Source: Tubiluchus corallicola (lineage: Eukaryota; Animalia; Priapulida). From it: a stretch of DNA of 57,439 nt. The notes below the pieces were generated by a model, which was not told the origin of the DNA, did not search any database, and saw only the letters and a list, made by a program, of their open reading frames with translations. The translations under genes and the position numbers were made by a program. Below are positions 13,901 to 47,567 of the stretch, piece by piece. The DNA is taken from contig JAQGDQ010000935.1 of the NCBI GenBank assembly GCA_030141605.1, positions 1-57,439 of the forward strand, written 5' to 3'. Every line of letters begins with the position of its first letter. The first letter of the stretch is position 1.

Positions 13901-16900
13901 TTTTTCACTTTCACTGTTTTGTTTCTTAGAGTATCGCCTTTTCGCTGTTACATTTACTCTTACCAAGCTTGCCATTCGTACAATTAACTGACATTCTAGT
14001 ATTTCCTAGTCCAGCTCCCAAATAGTAATTGGCCTATGGTACTAATACTTTGTCGCAAATCAATGGAGAAAATAAAACATTCTACACAGGAACTACGTTC
14101 TATGTGTTCAACGCCTGATTTTGTCCTAGCAGACGCATTACCACATCATCATTCCTGCATGCGTTTAACCAGTCTAACCAAATTGTTAAGCATTCAATTT
14201 TGTCACTTTTAGCGATCTTAACTACCCGCTGTTTTGCGAGAAAATGAAATCATAACATTTGTTCGAAGCAGCTTTTCGGGTGTTTCAAAAGCAAGCAAAA
14301 AGGCACAGTAAAGCCTCGAAGTAAAGAATGTGTAAAGATTTCATATGATTGTAGTTCGATATTTGTAACAAACGGCTGTATTGGTCAAAGAGACACGATA
14401 AAGAATCAAATTTAGAAGTACACCTATTTTAAGTAAAAACAACTTTCAGCAATAAAATGGGACAAAAAATATGAAATACTGTATGCTTTGGCCACTAGTC
14501 CACTTAGACCAACAAAAACCTTTCGGCAAAGTACTTAGTGTGAATGTTTACGTAAATCAACAAAAATATTTCAGCAAAGTACTTAATGTGAATGACCTTA
14601 ATGCATGTAACGCGAACTTGTATTCTGGTCTACAGTAGGAACACAGTTTCTACAGCGGGTTATTTATTAATAGGCGCACTTTCCATGTACAGTAGCAGCG
14701 AGCAGAACCGGTTTGAACCGCCTAGCAGGCAATCAATACCGTTAGCATTGAACACGTGCTGCACCTCATGCAGCTCCAAGCAGTACACACGGCATAATCA
14801 GTTTACAAACAATTAAATATATAAAATATTACCGATATGATCGTAAAACTACTTAGACTTTTAGGCTAAATTACCTTTGAATTCATTGATAATGGTAAAA
14901 ATACAAGAAAAAAAATGAAGCCTAAAAACGTTTGGAAAAGCTCATGAATCTGCTAGAGTTTGTATTGTGCAGTCTAATTTGAAATAGTTGCTATGTAACA
15001 TGTCGTTAATTATCCAAAAGTTTGATAAATTTAATCTCTTATAACACTTGGATAGCTATAGTGTTAAATGTGTTTGATAGAAACTGTTTAATGCAAACAA
15101 TAATGCCGTTAGCCTTGAACCACGATCAAAAAGAAATCAAAATCTAACAAGACGGACATACCGTACCAAAAGTTTGATATTTGGGTAATTTTAAAATTTT
15201 CTCTTCAGTCTGTTCAAGTGCATCAGACGTTTCTTATATACGTTATGTTACTGACATAAATCACAGAATCTAGGTAAAAAGTCACAGGTAAAAGAAGTCA
15301 CACGAAAGTAACAAGAAAAAGTCACAGGGAAAAAAAAGCCAAAGAAAAAAGAAATGAACATAACCCTGACCCCAACCATAGCCAAAATTAATTGTGACTT
15401 TTTCCTTGCCAAAACTGTGACATTATTACCAGTCACCAAATCACACAGAGTACGAATCACAGTGATGCTTACCTTTCAAATCTCCATTTCCATCGCCGTC
15501 TGAGTCCTTGAACGATCTTGTGTAAATCTGATAGGTCACCCCGTTATGGAACCAATCTTTGAGTGGCATGGGTGCGCATCCAGGTGCCACGACGACAATG
15601 GCAATGGCGGCGGCAAGCATGGCAATCCATGCAAGTCCAAAAAAAATCAGGAGAATCCATCGTAATCGAACCCAGAATGGATCATCAGCATACTGCTGTA
15701 ACTCCTCTTTACCCATGCCAATGAACCCCGTGTATTCATCTCCAACCTTCAAAAATGTACAATATATAAGCCAATATGTATCTAAAACAATATTTGAGGA
15801 AATTTAGCTGGAAGTTTAAAACTATTGCAATAATAATACAGAAAAATGTCTCAAGAAAAAAACAGTTAACATACATGTTCACAATTTACTTTTCTATATA
15901 TACGGGGAATGTGAGGTCATAACTACAAAAGATAATTGGTTCTGAAGCCTGATAGTTAAGTGAGAAATATCGGAGCTCAAGAAATCCTTTCTAGACAGCT
16001 TTATCTAAAGTACCATCTCTGTCTCACTCATTCAAAGACCAGCCCAGGATGTTGCTTCTATAACTTTTCAAAAGCCACTGTTCGTTTTCTGGGCAAACAG
16101 CCCCGTAAAGCAGGGTTTCTCTTACGTAATGTCCTCTGGTCGACATCACTAATAAATTTACATGGAATGAAACTTAATTTTTACCAGCAGTGGAAAAAGT
16201 TTTAACAATTTTCCCAAGGATGCAATAACGGTCAATACTTGATTACAACACATTCTATGTACATAAATTTCTCTTGATCAGTGGTGTAACCAGTTGAAAG
16301 TGGACCCACACAGGAAAGAGGATCCTTGAATGAAAGAATCATAATTCAAGGTAACCTAGCATGCAAATGACAGGCAAAGCAAGACAAGAATGCATTTGTT
16401 CAAAACACGTCTGCAAATTATGAAAAACAGTAAATACAACAAAATTCAAGATATTCTAATCGATTTTGAGACATAAGTTATGTCTATAGCATAGCCAACT
16501 GCTGGACAGTTTTTTAACTAACCAAGTGCTGGTTGTTGCTTTACTGGTTGTTTACAGCAACAGATTCTCTGAGAATAGTAAATTTAGAAAAGAGTAGTGG
16601 GCTGTTTGGCTCGACATATCGTTGTTCAATGCTGCTGAACTATTTTCCCACTAGAAACTTTATTGAACAAGTTGTACGATTAATAACTAGTTATATATAT
16701 ACGGATTCAAAATAACTACTGCAATTATAGAACTGTGAAATTAACTCGTGACATTTTTGATTTCGAATATGTACAAAAAGTTAAGTAAAGAACTTATTAA
16801 TATTATAATACAATAAAAATATAATAAAATAATGCAGAAGATTTTTTGGTTAATGAAATCAATGGTTTACTTATAATTAACTATGGTACTACTGCACCTC

Positions 16901-17041
16901 AACTTGGACTTTTCCATCCTCTTTGTCGCCATTAGGCAAAAACTTTACAGTGGATTCTTCGGCTTCTTGAACTTTCTGATCGGCGATTTGATCTCCTTTT
17001 GCCAATTTTTCTTCTAGCGGCGGATATACTTCGTTCTCCAT
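7982..17041 (-). CDS. SLC3 family amino-acid transporter heavy chain (4F2hc/rBAT-like GH13 pseudo-enzyme), right-arm copy, 7 exons, C-terminal half missing
   Basis: Exons 17041-16898, 15746-15473, 11550-11368, 10909-10752, 9744-9619 (GQYYYHAFDNEQPDLNLRDPNVKKELE), 8628-8533 (DILKFWLDKGVDGLVIRGTAYLFE) and 8076-7982 (TMYLDETYEIVREWAKIVDSY). All are GT-AG and phase compatible. The gene runs into the fold-back junction at ~7922 without a stop exon. Confidence 0.85.
8839..9451. mobile_element. Degenerate Tc1/pogo-type MITE in the palindrome spacer (intron of SLC3)
   Basis: Right end ttgagttatgcggagtttactata and repeated TAACTCAAA/TTTGAGTTA motifs in both orientations; left end is decayed. Confidence 0.4.
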
Positions 17042-17940
17042 GTTTTCGCTGAGCTTTCAAAGCGAATTACTTTTTTTTTGGTATTTTCACAGTCAAAGTG
17101 TAAAAAATATTATTACTGTAAAAGACTGTTAGAAGTTTAAAATGCAAACTTAGCTACTTCCTCACTCGGAAAAATGCGTCCAGAAAATGGCACACTGTTC
17201 GCATCCGGATCATACGGTACGTCACAATGATGTCACGACGATAGCTGCGCACGCACATTGTATGAGTCTTGGCAGGTCATAGATATTTTAGCTTTTATTA
17301 TGCACAGTAATTAAAAAAGTAAGTAAAGAGAAGGTTTTTTATTAAAAAAGCTAAAACTATAGCATATTTAAGTAGGCATTTTTAAAATCAACTTGAATTA
17401 AGTTGAAACACAAGTCACAACACTACCCAAGTCATATTTACAGTAACAGCTGGTGTATAGATTAAATTTTCATTTCAAACTACGGATGAGCATCTGAATG
17501 CGAATTCAATTTTAAATATTTTCGAGTCACTAATAAAAACCGGTCTCACAAAGATTCTGCACGTTATTTCATTTTGTTCTGCAGTAAAAAAATTAATAAT
17601 TCGTTTAAAAATTCTGCACAAAACTCGCTACTAAAACGTGCTGATTGCATAATGTTTTTACACATTAATGATAAAGACATGTGTAGTTGAAGTACCGAGT
17701 TATTCGAATGTACAATTTTAGGTTCGAATATTCGAACTCGAACAATTGATGCTCACCCAGTCCTAATACAAGCTTGCAATTCAAAAAATGAATATATACA
17801 AAATTTAATGTTCACACATCTTAATACATGAAAGTCTAGTTCCGTAAAGTGCATTAAAATGCTCATTTTGCAACAGTAATCAGCTGTGTTTATATACATA
17901 GTTTACTGACAAATTCAACGATTAATACAGCCATATAATT
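10010..17940. repeat. Right arm of giant inverted repeat
   Basis: Reverse complement of 1-7922; may extend further if the left arm continues upstream of the window. Confidence 0.97.
10060..10505 (+). mobile_element. Penelope-like retroelement GIY-YIG endonuclease relic with inverted 3' copy (right-arm copy)
   Basis: Same translation as 7458-7868. The opposite strand at ~10066-10140 encodes NNWGEWDLLIKESL, a second inverted copy of the domain end. Confidence 0.75.
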
Positions 17941-18352
17941 TCAGCGAAATCACAACATATAAAACAATTTGTCCAATGACAAGAAAGATACATCATTACA
18001 AGTGTCAAATACAATTTTAGTGCCAGTGTTAATTGCATCGTGAAAGATTGTAACAAAGACCTTTTTAGCCTCTAAATAACTGCCACTTTGGTTTGCTTTG
18101 ACATAAAAACAGGACATACAAATCTACTTGGAATGAAATGAAATGCTGGATGCTTTCACAGTGAGCTGTGACTCTCGATTTCTGGAATCTTTTTTTTAAG
18201 TTGGGCAAAAATAACTCAAAATCAATATCAAATATATTTCTGTATGTTGCAATGCATTCAGCTATGCATTGTCTGACATGCAAGTGATTGTCCACTTTTC
18301 CAAACAGATTGGAAGACAAAGAATAAAAGCCACACCTGCCGTCTGCTTGTAA
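17830..18352 (-). pseudogene. Decayed OTU-family cysteine protease domain, probably transposon-derived
   Basis: The minus strand reads LQADGRCGFYSLSSNLFGKVDNHLHVRQCIAECIATYRNIF (Cys box). After stops and frameshifts it reads LLQNEHFNALY (His box, ~17850-17875; mirrored at ~65-100 on +). Confidence 0.55.
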
Positions 18353-18404
18353 TTACAAACCAGTTATTTCTGGTAAAAGTATAATGTTCGTCAGGCTGTG
18401 CTAC

Positions 18405-18818
18405 AGTCACCATCATCGTAGTCATTATCATCATCATCACTGCCATTATCACCATTATCGTAATCACCACCAACGTCTTTACCATCATCATCATGATCGT
18501 AATTGTCATCATCATCACAATCGTTGTCGTCGTCGTCACCACCATCATTTTCACAATTGTCATTGGCATCAACATAAATATTATCACCATTAATTTGACG
18601 ATGACGATGACTATGATGAATGCCACCTCACTATGCTGACAACAGTTGATTATGGCCTCCAACGATATCATAATCATACCTAGTCTTCTTCTCCATCATC
18701 ATAGTCATTATCATCATCCTTTACCATTATTTCACAAATCATCACCAACATCATTATCACTGTTATCTTCACTATTATGTCGTCGTCATCATCATCATCA
18801 CCACATTCGTCGTCATCG
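18405..18818. repeat. Degenerate (CAT/CAC/CGT)n trinucleotide low-complexity tract
   Basis: Visible directly; it produces spurious His-, Asp- and Met-rich ORFs. Confidence 0.85.
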
Positions 18819-19179
18819 AGACTTGGTATATTGGCCAGGGGAATGAAATTCTGTACTATAATGTTTGTGACCAAAATATTACAGAGCCAATATTTCTTGT
18901 AAAATTGTTCAAGACAATGCTGGTCACCTCTCTGCTAGTAAAATATGGCTAAACGTGTTCTAACAATACAATAACTGCACTAGAGTGTGAAAGAAGCAAC
19001 AATTGCAAGTTGCACCAAATTATCGAATTTGATTGTTCAATTTAAAGAACTGTTTAATTTAAGGTTAGTTTGCTGAAGTAACAATTTGTACTCGATTGTC
19101 GCCTACAGTGGGAGGACCTAATAATAATAATTTTTTTCTAAACTTTATATTTGCAAACGAATAATCTATTATGGCCTCG

Positions 19180-25947
<6,768 letters not shown>

Positions 25948-27129
25948 TATAAGAGCTTGAAAAATATTTAGGCCTTGCACAGTTGTACTCTTACCCTTCG
26001 TCCGTGTGAACATATAAATCAATGATCACTCTATTTTTCACCAGTCCGAATTCCAAAAGGGCGTGCAGGCAACAGTCTTGTACGCAAGTAACATTACAAG
26101 GCCGGGACACCACACAAGAAAATACAAGCACATTATGAATAAAGGACCCGACACGCTAAGGGATTATATCTGTCATGCGCGTACTGATTTGACTTGCGTC
26201 AGCCATTTTTTGGTAGTTAAAACGTGTCGGCTGTGCTCCCACTGCATATAAAATAATAATAATAATTTAACGTAAAAAGAAACTTTCCTTCTTGGCTTAA
26301 TTAGCTCATCAAGGAAGGTAGAGTGGAAAGTCTTTAATATGGATATAAAAACAAAATAACTTAAAGCTGTGGCATGGTTAGAACAAGCATGATGTGTAAA
26401 AAATATACATGTAATTAATGGTGTTTACCAATAATTTACCTGTTGAAAACAAATTTTGCAACAGTGAAAGTGTGTAGACTTCTTTAATACCGTACAACCG
26501 TACCGTATACTGTGTCTCTATAGAACTGCACTATTGACCAAAATTATTATAAAAGTCAATTTAAGTAAAACATGTCGAATTTATATCACCTGCAATTACG
26601 TTGATTAGTTTACCTGGAAAGGATGTTTACCTAGAGCAGATGTATAGCTATGCACTTTAAGTATCGGGTTATTTATAAACCTGGTGTGATTATTTTCACT
26701 AGCATGCTTTTATTTTTATTAGCTTTATGGACTAATACTAATAAAATTCTCATCTGTAATTAATTATCTTTCCTGGCAATACCTAAATACTTCGAAACTA
26801 CTGCCGTAGTTTTACTTAGTTATAAATTATTCAAAATGTTTAAAAATACGTAAAACAGGAAATAAAATTAGTCACATACAGTCATTTCAAAGTCTCATGT
26901 GACAAAAGTTATTATTAAATGACACCTATCTTTAATTAAGCAAAAGCAAATAGCATAGATAAAAAGCGATAGTTACTGTATCCCAAAGTGTTCAAAAATC
27001 AGTGCAGTTGCTATACTTGCACACAGCAATTAATTTTAAAACAAAAAATTACACATTATAATATTCTTTTAAACCCCATAAATCAAATAAGTAACTCGGT
27101 TGCTTTGCCAATTTCCCAAAAACTAAATG

Positions 27130-27672
27130 CAACAGCAACAGCAGCAGCAGCAACAACAGCAGCAACAACAACAACAACAATAAAAGCAGCAATAGCTGCT
27201 GATTAATAACAACAACAATAGCTGCATTGTTTATTTGACTGAGCCCAGACATTTCAGAAGTGCAATTCTAATTTCTACTTTAGGTAACGTATACACGCAC
27301 AATATAACTGTGCAATAGTATTGAACGTCTGCAAGACGACATTGAAGATTACATAGTTATATGCACTATTATTGAGTCGTGTGCGAAACGAAAATGTTGC
27401 AAAATATTATTGTCAATACTATTGTGCAATGCTATTTAAGTGACAGCAGTTTCTTTAAGTAACAGCTTTTTAAATAAAAAATGTTTTTCACAATGTTTTT
27501 AAAAATGTTAACAACGTGGTGTATGAAAGTACTGTCGTGCTTGGCATTAAAGACTTTAATAAAATTGGAACTAATTTTCTGACTGGTCACTAGTCACCCA
27601 CTTACTAATTAATTATGCCATGTGTTGCTTTTCTTCGTGACCAAGCATACAAGGTGACCATACAGCTATTTC
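27130..27672. repeat. Interspersed repeat, direct copy of 23310-23914
   Basis: Sequence identity visible by eye, with scattered substitutions. Confidence 0.9.
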
Positions 27673-28208
27673 CTTTTTACTAATAATTGCTTTTATTTGA
27701 GATATTCTTCTTTTATTAGAAACGCAAAAGTGTTTTTGGCTTATCAAAATTGCGCGTATGCCAACACTATTGGTGAACTTAAGAATATTATTATTACAGT
27801 CAATGCGACGCTCAAAAGTTTTTAATCATCCGCCGTTTGATGCCGCAAGCGTAGCAGCTAATCGCAAAAACGAAATACGTAACAATAAATTTCGCGCTTG
27901 CTTTTTCTAAACTTTGATTACGTAGTAATACATATCTATCTATCAATGGGTATGATTAATACATAAATGCCGGTGCGTTTTTCTGGTTGCAGTTCGGGAT
28001 GGAGCAGAGCGAAAAGTATGGATGCTAACTAAGCCACTGAGAGTGAGACTGTGAGAGTCTGAGGAACTCTTAAATGGAAATACTCACTGGAAGCGCACAA
28101 AATTTTATGAAGAATCTACAGCGTGAAGAATCTAATTTGACATAATGATAATGAAACACAGTTTTGAGTGCTGTTTAATGGGCTTATTGGAAGTGGCCGA
28201 TTTAGGAA

Positions 28209-31200
28209 ATGAAAGATGATCACGCGCTTGTGAAGTTCATGTTACTGCTAATAATGAGGCGGCTCAGAAAAGAAATGTTTGCTCTAATCGCCGTTTTGTG
28301 TTTCTCCGCGGGAATTTGGGCTACCCTTTTTGCACAGTTTGGTAAATTAACTATGTATAATATGCGTCATTTTTTTATTTCCGTGTTAACCTGCATTTTG
28401 CTCAGTGCTGTGAGCAGTAATCAGTTAACAGTTATATTCAGAAACTTTGCAGTAGGAAGAACTGGATGAAAAACGCTTAGTGCCAAGTAATGGTTTTTTG
28501 TTTCTGCTTAATCCCCTTCTTGCTCTCACCCATATCAAGGGGTGCAGTTGTGCTACAGGTACATCTCCTTGCCCTCATATTATAATCTAGGTCACTAATG
28601 GATGTATATGGGACGATATACACTAACAAAAGGATTTAAGTAATCAAGACATTAGTAGCAAAAATATTGTTTTAGTTACTAACATGATTTTGTTATATAT
28701 TTACAATACTTGTGTGCATTGCATAAGTCTCTCAACATAACAAAATTATATTAATGTCGCAAAAATGGGGTGGTTGCTAGGTGATCTCATGGTCTTTCGC
28801 TACACCATCCCAATCTACTTGTTCCTCATCTGCCTTTAATCTGCGTCTACTTTTGCAGCATCGGCTTACCTTATCATCTACTTTTCTTCAGCATCTACGT
28901 GTAGCTACATCTATTTTCATCTACTTAAATAAAAAAGTACAGTGAGAAATTATTAATAGCTCCCTTATTAAGCTCCTTTATTTTACTTTGCGAAGTTTTG
29001 TACTTATAAGAGACTCTGACGTATAATGCGTACTATGTGAAGCTTTTACTTTGGTATTTAAAGGAAATTAAAATCTTTCTTGCAATTCATACATGCCAAG
29101 ATTGATGTAATGTTAATTATATCAGCAAAAGTAGAATGCCGATTGTTATGGCAACCACTTCTTACTGTGAGCAATTACAACATGCTAGATACTTATTGTT
29201 CTTAAAAATATTTGCATTGTTTTTACTTTTATAAATGTCTGTGAAAAATTACCAGGCACATGCACATGTATTATCAAGTACATTATGTATGTATTATCGT
29301 AGTTAACGATTTCAACTTTGTCATAGTGAGGTTTTCTGGGAAAAATATATCAGTGGCATATTAACCCTACTAGTTCCTAAAGATTTTTACTTATTGAGCA
29401 CTGGACCTGATGGATGCCTAGCAAGCAGAGCTATAAAACATGGATGTCAACAAATAGTTTCACGATTTTTTCCCTTACCATACATGCAACGTGTGTGTTC
29501 TGATAATTATGCTATAAGCAGCAACATTACCCGACTGTCAATACACCAATTTGGTGGAAAATTCGGTGCTTTTTAGCCTCCAATGCAATGAGCATCACAA
29601 AAGACGTCAACCCTGGCCCAGCCAAGAGTTATCTGTGGAACAACATGGCTGTGATCTGCGTTCCCCGAAAGAACAATGTTATAATAATTATTGCAGTTTA
29701 CATTTAAAATTAAAAAATATGGTTTTATATGATTTCGTCTAGTAGGTAGATGAAAGTACGAAAAAAATTATAAAATTTCCGGCCTGGTGCTCAATAAAAA
29801 ATATTACCCGGGCGATTAGATGATAAAAAGACGTTTCTCTCTTTATAAAAAATGATCCTTTTTCAATTTAAGCACGTAGACATCAGGCCTTGAAATTTCA
29901 AGTGAACCCTCATTCAGGTTACCCCTGTGTTACGTTTAGAGGAAACGCACCTCTGTTCATGTGAAACCTATTGTTAGCAGATGGCTAGAAATACTGCCAA
30001 GTTTATATTTATTAATCAGGCGACATGTACTGCTCTAACAAACTATCACTGCTAAAACTGTTGTCTTTACTATTTTATTAAATATTCATAAATAGGCAGT
30101 CGTCATAGTTGCATAACATGCCATTTAGGATTGCCAGCCGATAAAGCTGTTGGTAAAAATACAAAATTTAGTCGAACCTGAGCAGGAAAATAGCAAAGAA
30201 GCTAAATCTATGACTTGAATTTCAATTTTGCAAGGAATCATTCAATGTCTATTTTAGCCGTATTGTCTACAATGATTATAATTTTAAGATAAAATCTCAT
30301 TTCTAACTAAAAATTCTTCAATTAAGCCAAATTGCAACTGTGATGTTTTACATAGCACTTTTGTTTTTTAAATCGTGTACGAACTTGATAATTGTAATTT
30401 TTTTACACAAAATATTATATTTGCATTTATATTGATATTAATTAATGCGTACCAAAAAATCTAGGTGCCTGAACGGCAGGGTATGCATGCCGACCAAAAG
30501 TGCAAAGTACAAACCTAATCATGTTGAAAACTAAACGAACTAGAATTTTTGCATAATAGTATAACATTTGGAACATTTTGAATAATTTAAAAATTGGATT
30601 TTATTTTAGTGTTGCACAGTGGGCAATTTTCAAGTGATAACTTTCCGAGGAGTAAGGAGTTTGTGAACATTCAAGACACAAATCTGCCTGCAAAAGACAA
30701 ATGTCCGAGGGAGCTAAGAAATCACTTGATGAATCTTCTGCTGCATTTACAGAGAAAATATCCGGATGAGAGAATCACATTAAATCAGATAATAGAAGGC
30801 GCAAACCTTCCAATAATCTATGCAATCACTCCGACTTATCGACGTCCTGTGCAGAAAGCTGAGCTGACGAGGTTAGCCCACACTTTTGCACACGTCCCAG
30901 ACTTTCACTGGATTGTTGTCGAAGATGCCAATCACACGTCCTCTCTAGTGAAGAACTTGTTATTAAAATTTCCTATCAAGTTTACCTTATTAAATGTTGC
31001 AACACCAGCCGATTTTAAACCGCCACTTGATCCAAAGTTATCTTGGATGAAACCCAGAGGAGTTCTACAACGGAATTTAGGTTTGAAGTGGATGCGTGAA
31101 AACCTAGTATATTACAAAGATAAAGGTGTGGTGTACTTTGCTGATGATGACAATGTCTATGACCTGCAAGTGTTTGAAGAGGTACTGACTAAAGATTCAT

Positions 31201-31767
31201 TTTTTCAAACATGACAATTTTTTCAATCATTCATGTAAGATATGTATATTATTACCCACTAAAGTGCCACAGTGTTTTTTACATTGATTGCATATCAGTT
31301 TAAAAACTTAGAGCTCTAGAAATGCAGTTGCTGTTGGCCGTTGCTGTGCAACATTTACAGGAAAATACCTAACTGGGCAAATTTTAAGTTTAAAATTTCA
31401 AATTTTGCACTAACCTTAGCAGCATGTTGGAATGATTTTAATAAAATTGTTTTAAAGAAATCTGGATGATTTATAAAAAAAGTCTTTATCTTTGTTGTTT
31501 CCCTTTTGGATAAGTGGTTCTGCTTCTGGGCTGTCATTGATAAAAATGACATGTAGTTCAGTCCTCATTCCACTGCAGTTCAGTGATTTGAAAAACTGGT
31601 TGCAAAATGATTAATTAATGCCAGATTCAAGAGCAGTAAATCCATTTGAGGTTTTGATTAATGCAACATCGCTTAGATCTTTCACGACTAAAGTCGTAAT
31701 CCTTTTCCTGTTGATGTGAACATAATCTCTTCAAACATTTTCATTTTCTTGCCTGAGGTTTAATATG

Positions 31768-31825
<58 letters not shown>

Positions 31826-32770
31826 ACTACTTTTTTAAGTTTAGATGCCTCTATATAGAATATATAAATTTTAAATTTAAAAAAGTAGTCTTAACATTTT
31901 TTTGTACTTTTTTTGTCGCTAGCTTGAACACTACTGTTTTCATTTTCAGATGAGACACACGAAACTCGTGTCTGTCTGGCCTGTTGCATTGAGTGGTGGG
32001 CTTCTTGTGGAACGGCCATTAGTGAAAGATGGTAAAGTTGTCGGATTTAACTCAAACTGGAGACCAAAGCGAGAGTTTCCTATTGACATGGCCGGTTTTG
32101 CCATTAATTTAGGCTTAATACTCAGCAATCCTAGTGCAGAATTCAATTTGCATTTGGAAATTGGTGATCAGGAATCGTATTTGCTGCGTCAGCTTGTGAA
32201 TGTGTCAGAGCTAGAACCAAAGGCTAATAATTGTACAAAAGTAAGCAATGTTTTTGACTTGCGGAGTATAATATTAATGCATCTAGACACACTTAGTTAG
32301 CCAACAGAATTTTCAAAGAAATAGATGTATTAATACATTTATAGGCAGTAAATTGAAGCTAAACATTTTTATAGTATCTGATAATGGATAGAGAGTAAAT
32401 AGCAGTTCACTTATCCTAGCCTTTTGCTTATCAAATCGATGTGAAATAGATTAGTGGCACTGATTACATGTAAGATACGTGTCGCTTTACTTTGCTTTGA
32501 AGCACTTGCATCAGTAGCAGCATTTAAAACCGTAATTATCTAAATTAATTTCCACACTTACACAAGAGAATTAATGAGAACTGAATTTAAAATTTTGCAA
32601 ACATAAAGAATCTTATAAATTTATTCTGGCTACCTATCATGTGTTTTAAGTAATTTGTTGCATAATTTCAGGTACTTGCATGGCATACTAAGACCGAACC
32701 TCCAAAACTAAATGGTGAACTCAAACTGCGTAAGTATGGTAAGAAGTCAAACGAAGGTATTGAACTATAA
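28209..32770 (+). CDS. B3GAT: Galactosylgalactosylxylosylprotein 3-beta-glucuronosyltransferase (GT43, GlcAT-I/P/S family)
   Basis: Exons 28209 (or a downstream Met)-28341 (type II anchor RRLRKEMFALIAVLCFSAGIWATLF), 30610-31181 (IYAITPTY..QKAELTRL, WIVVED, RGVLQRN, YFADDDN), 31950-32240 (RPKREFPIDMAGFAIN, GDQES, LEPKANNCTK) and 32672-32770 (VLAWHTKTE, stop). Confidence 0.95.
31769..31823. repeat. (TA)n microsatellite flanked by short inverted repeat (aagactactttttt / aaaaaagtagtctt)
   Basis: Seen directly in B3GAT intron 2; the inverted pair lies just downstream of the (TA)n run. Confidence 0.85.
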
Positions 32771-34799
32771 AGCCATGAAAGTACAGTGTGTATGATTTTA
32801 GTTTGTCAGCTGAGGATTTGTGTTTTAGTACAGTAACCTGTGTAAAAGCACAGTAGCAATGGTGCTAAAAGACTATGTACATTGTACACGTCTTATGTGA
32901 GACTGTTCTAATGGGAAGGTAACAGGCAACACGGAAAGTTCCAGGGGATAGTAATCTTGTGTTTCAAAGATAATAATTGTTGGGCTTGAATGAGCATGTG
33001 CACTTTATGTGGTCTAGGGTGATTGTGCTTTTGATGTCTGGTCTTGTTGCAGGATCATAGATAATTAGAGTATGTTTTTTGTGCTTGTTTTGCTAGTCAT
33101 GGTGAATGTAGAGGTTATGCAGCGACTCAAACCAGACAGAGTCAGTTTTAAGGGATAAAAGTGGTTCTGAACACAAAGTTTAATCTCAGGTGTTAATGTT
33201 TGATACGAACTTGGAATTGATGTATCTTGTAGCATGGTTGGATAGCACTGTGATAGGTAGTTTACTTCAAATCAAACTCAAGGTGAAATTTGTTTATCTT
33301 TATCTCATCATATCAAAAAGTTAAAGTTGGGCTAAGGGATGTAAAAAACATGCACAGTTTGTGTGGCTTCACATACACAACAAATGATCAGACCATTAAA
33401 AGACTAGGGTGCCTGAAGTTTTTTGCCCCCGTGCACCACAAGCACTTTATGTGTGTGTCACTCCCACAGATCCCACATGCAGTGTTGTCATTAGCTGTAC
33501 TTGTATGTTATGGTTCTATACAAATACTGTATTAATTTAACATGGTCTGCATGCCATTGTCTTTCATTTAGTTCTCCATTTTGGGTATGTCATTGTCTTT
33601 CAGTTTTTTAGTTTTTTGTAGATCAGCAATCGTGGTAACTGTATTACCCTTATACTAAGTGAAAGTGTTTTTCATTATCAGACATTTAGTGTGTGGCAAT
33701 CATAATATATGTACCTTTACTTCAAATCTCACTCACTTATGGGTGGGCAAAAATCACAGTGTATTAAAATGTAATAGTGTATACATAGTATACAATGTAA
33801 CCCAATAGTGTGCATTGTTTGACGGAATAAATTGATGGCATACCCTGTAGTATTGTAAATAAAGTGTAAGCTGCAATATATTTTTACATAGAGTACTGTA
33901 AAATGAAAAAAGTAAGCTACAGCATATATTACTACAGTGTGCAGAGTAACTTACTTAGTATACTGTAGTTTATTATTTTCATTAACAATATGTCACAAAT
34001 TTATTCCTGCAGACAGTGCTTATTATTTTGTTGTATTGTGATGTATAACCAGAGATGTAGCATTGTGAAAATTCCTCCATGCTCTTTCTCCTGCTTAAAT
34101 GATAGACAGGTTCATGGGGTGCGAGTTAGATAGCATGACTGTATTACCGCATCACATGGCATGGCTTAGAACCACATTAGAATTATACCAAATAATAGTA
34201 AGAAACTGATTCTGTATTAATTAGTGTGAGGGAATTATTAGCCAAATAATGAAAATTGCGTGAATAATTGCTGATCTACTTTGAGGTTAATTAATATTAC
34301 AGCTTTTTATAATTATGCAAATAATGCAGTGGCATAGAGAGTGTAAATATTTAGTTGTTATGTAGCCAGAGCTGCATTTTGTTTGTAGTGAAGAGCCTTA
34401 GAATGTAATAATATTAGGTAACTGGTCATTTTTAATAGACTGAATAAATATGGTCAATTAAATTAAATTGATTGCATTTGGACTTTTTTGTTTTTTGTAT
34501 CATCATGAAGCAGTATCCCTACATAATACAAATCAGTTTAAATTAATATTTTTGGTTTATTTTATTTCAAAAGGGTTCAAAATATGTTTGTTACTAAGAC
34601 TGTGAATATACACAGTTTCTTCAAATTCAAATGAATGCACGAGTTTAGAACATCATAAGATTTGTAATAAAAAAATATATTAACACATTTATAATGTCGT
34701 GCTTACAACAATCTTGATGTACAATAAATATACTCAGCTAAACAGTTTGCCTTACTAGTACATGTACATTGCATTGTAAAATTAATCCCATCATTTTGA

Positions 34800-47567
<12,768 letters not shown>

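Noticed and set aside
900-17041. Active maltase/alpha-glucosidase call
   Set aside because: Cytosolic N-terminus, TM helix, juxtamembrane Cys and loss of the nucleophile Asp indicate an SLC3 heavy chain.
18258-18874. His-rich or Asp-rich proteins
   Set aside because: Degenerate CAT repeat open in several frames; no splice or domain support.
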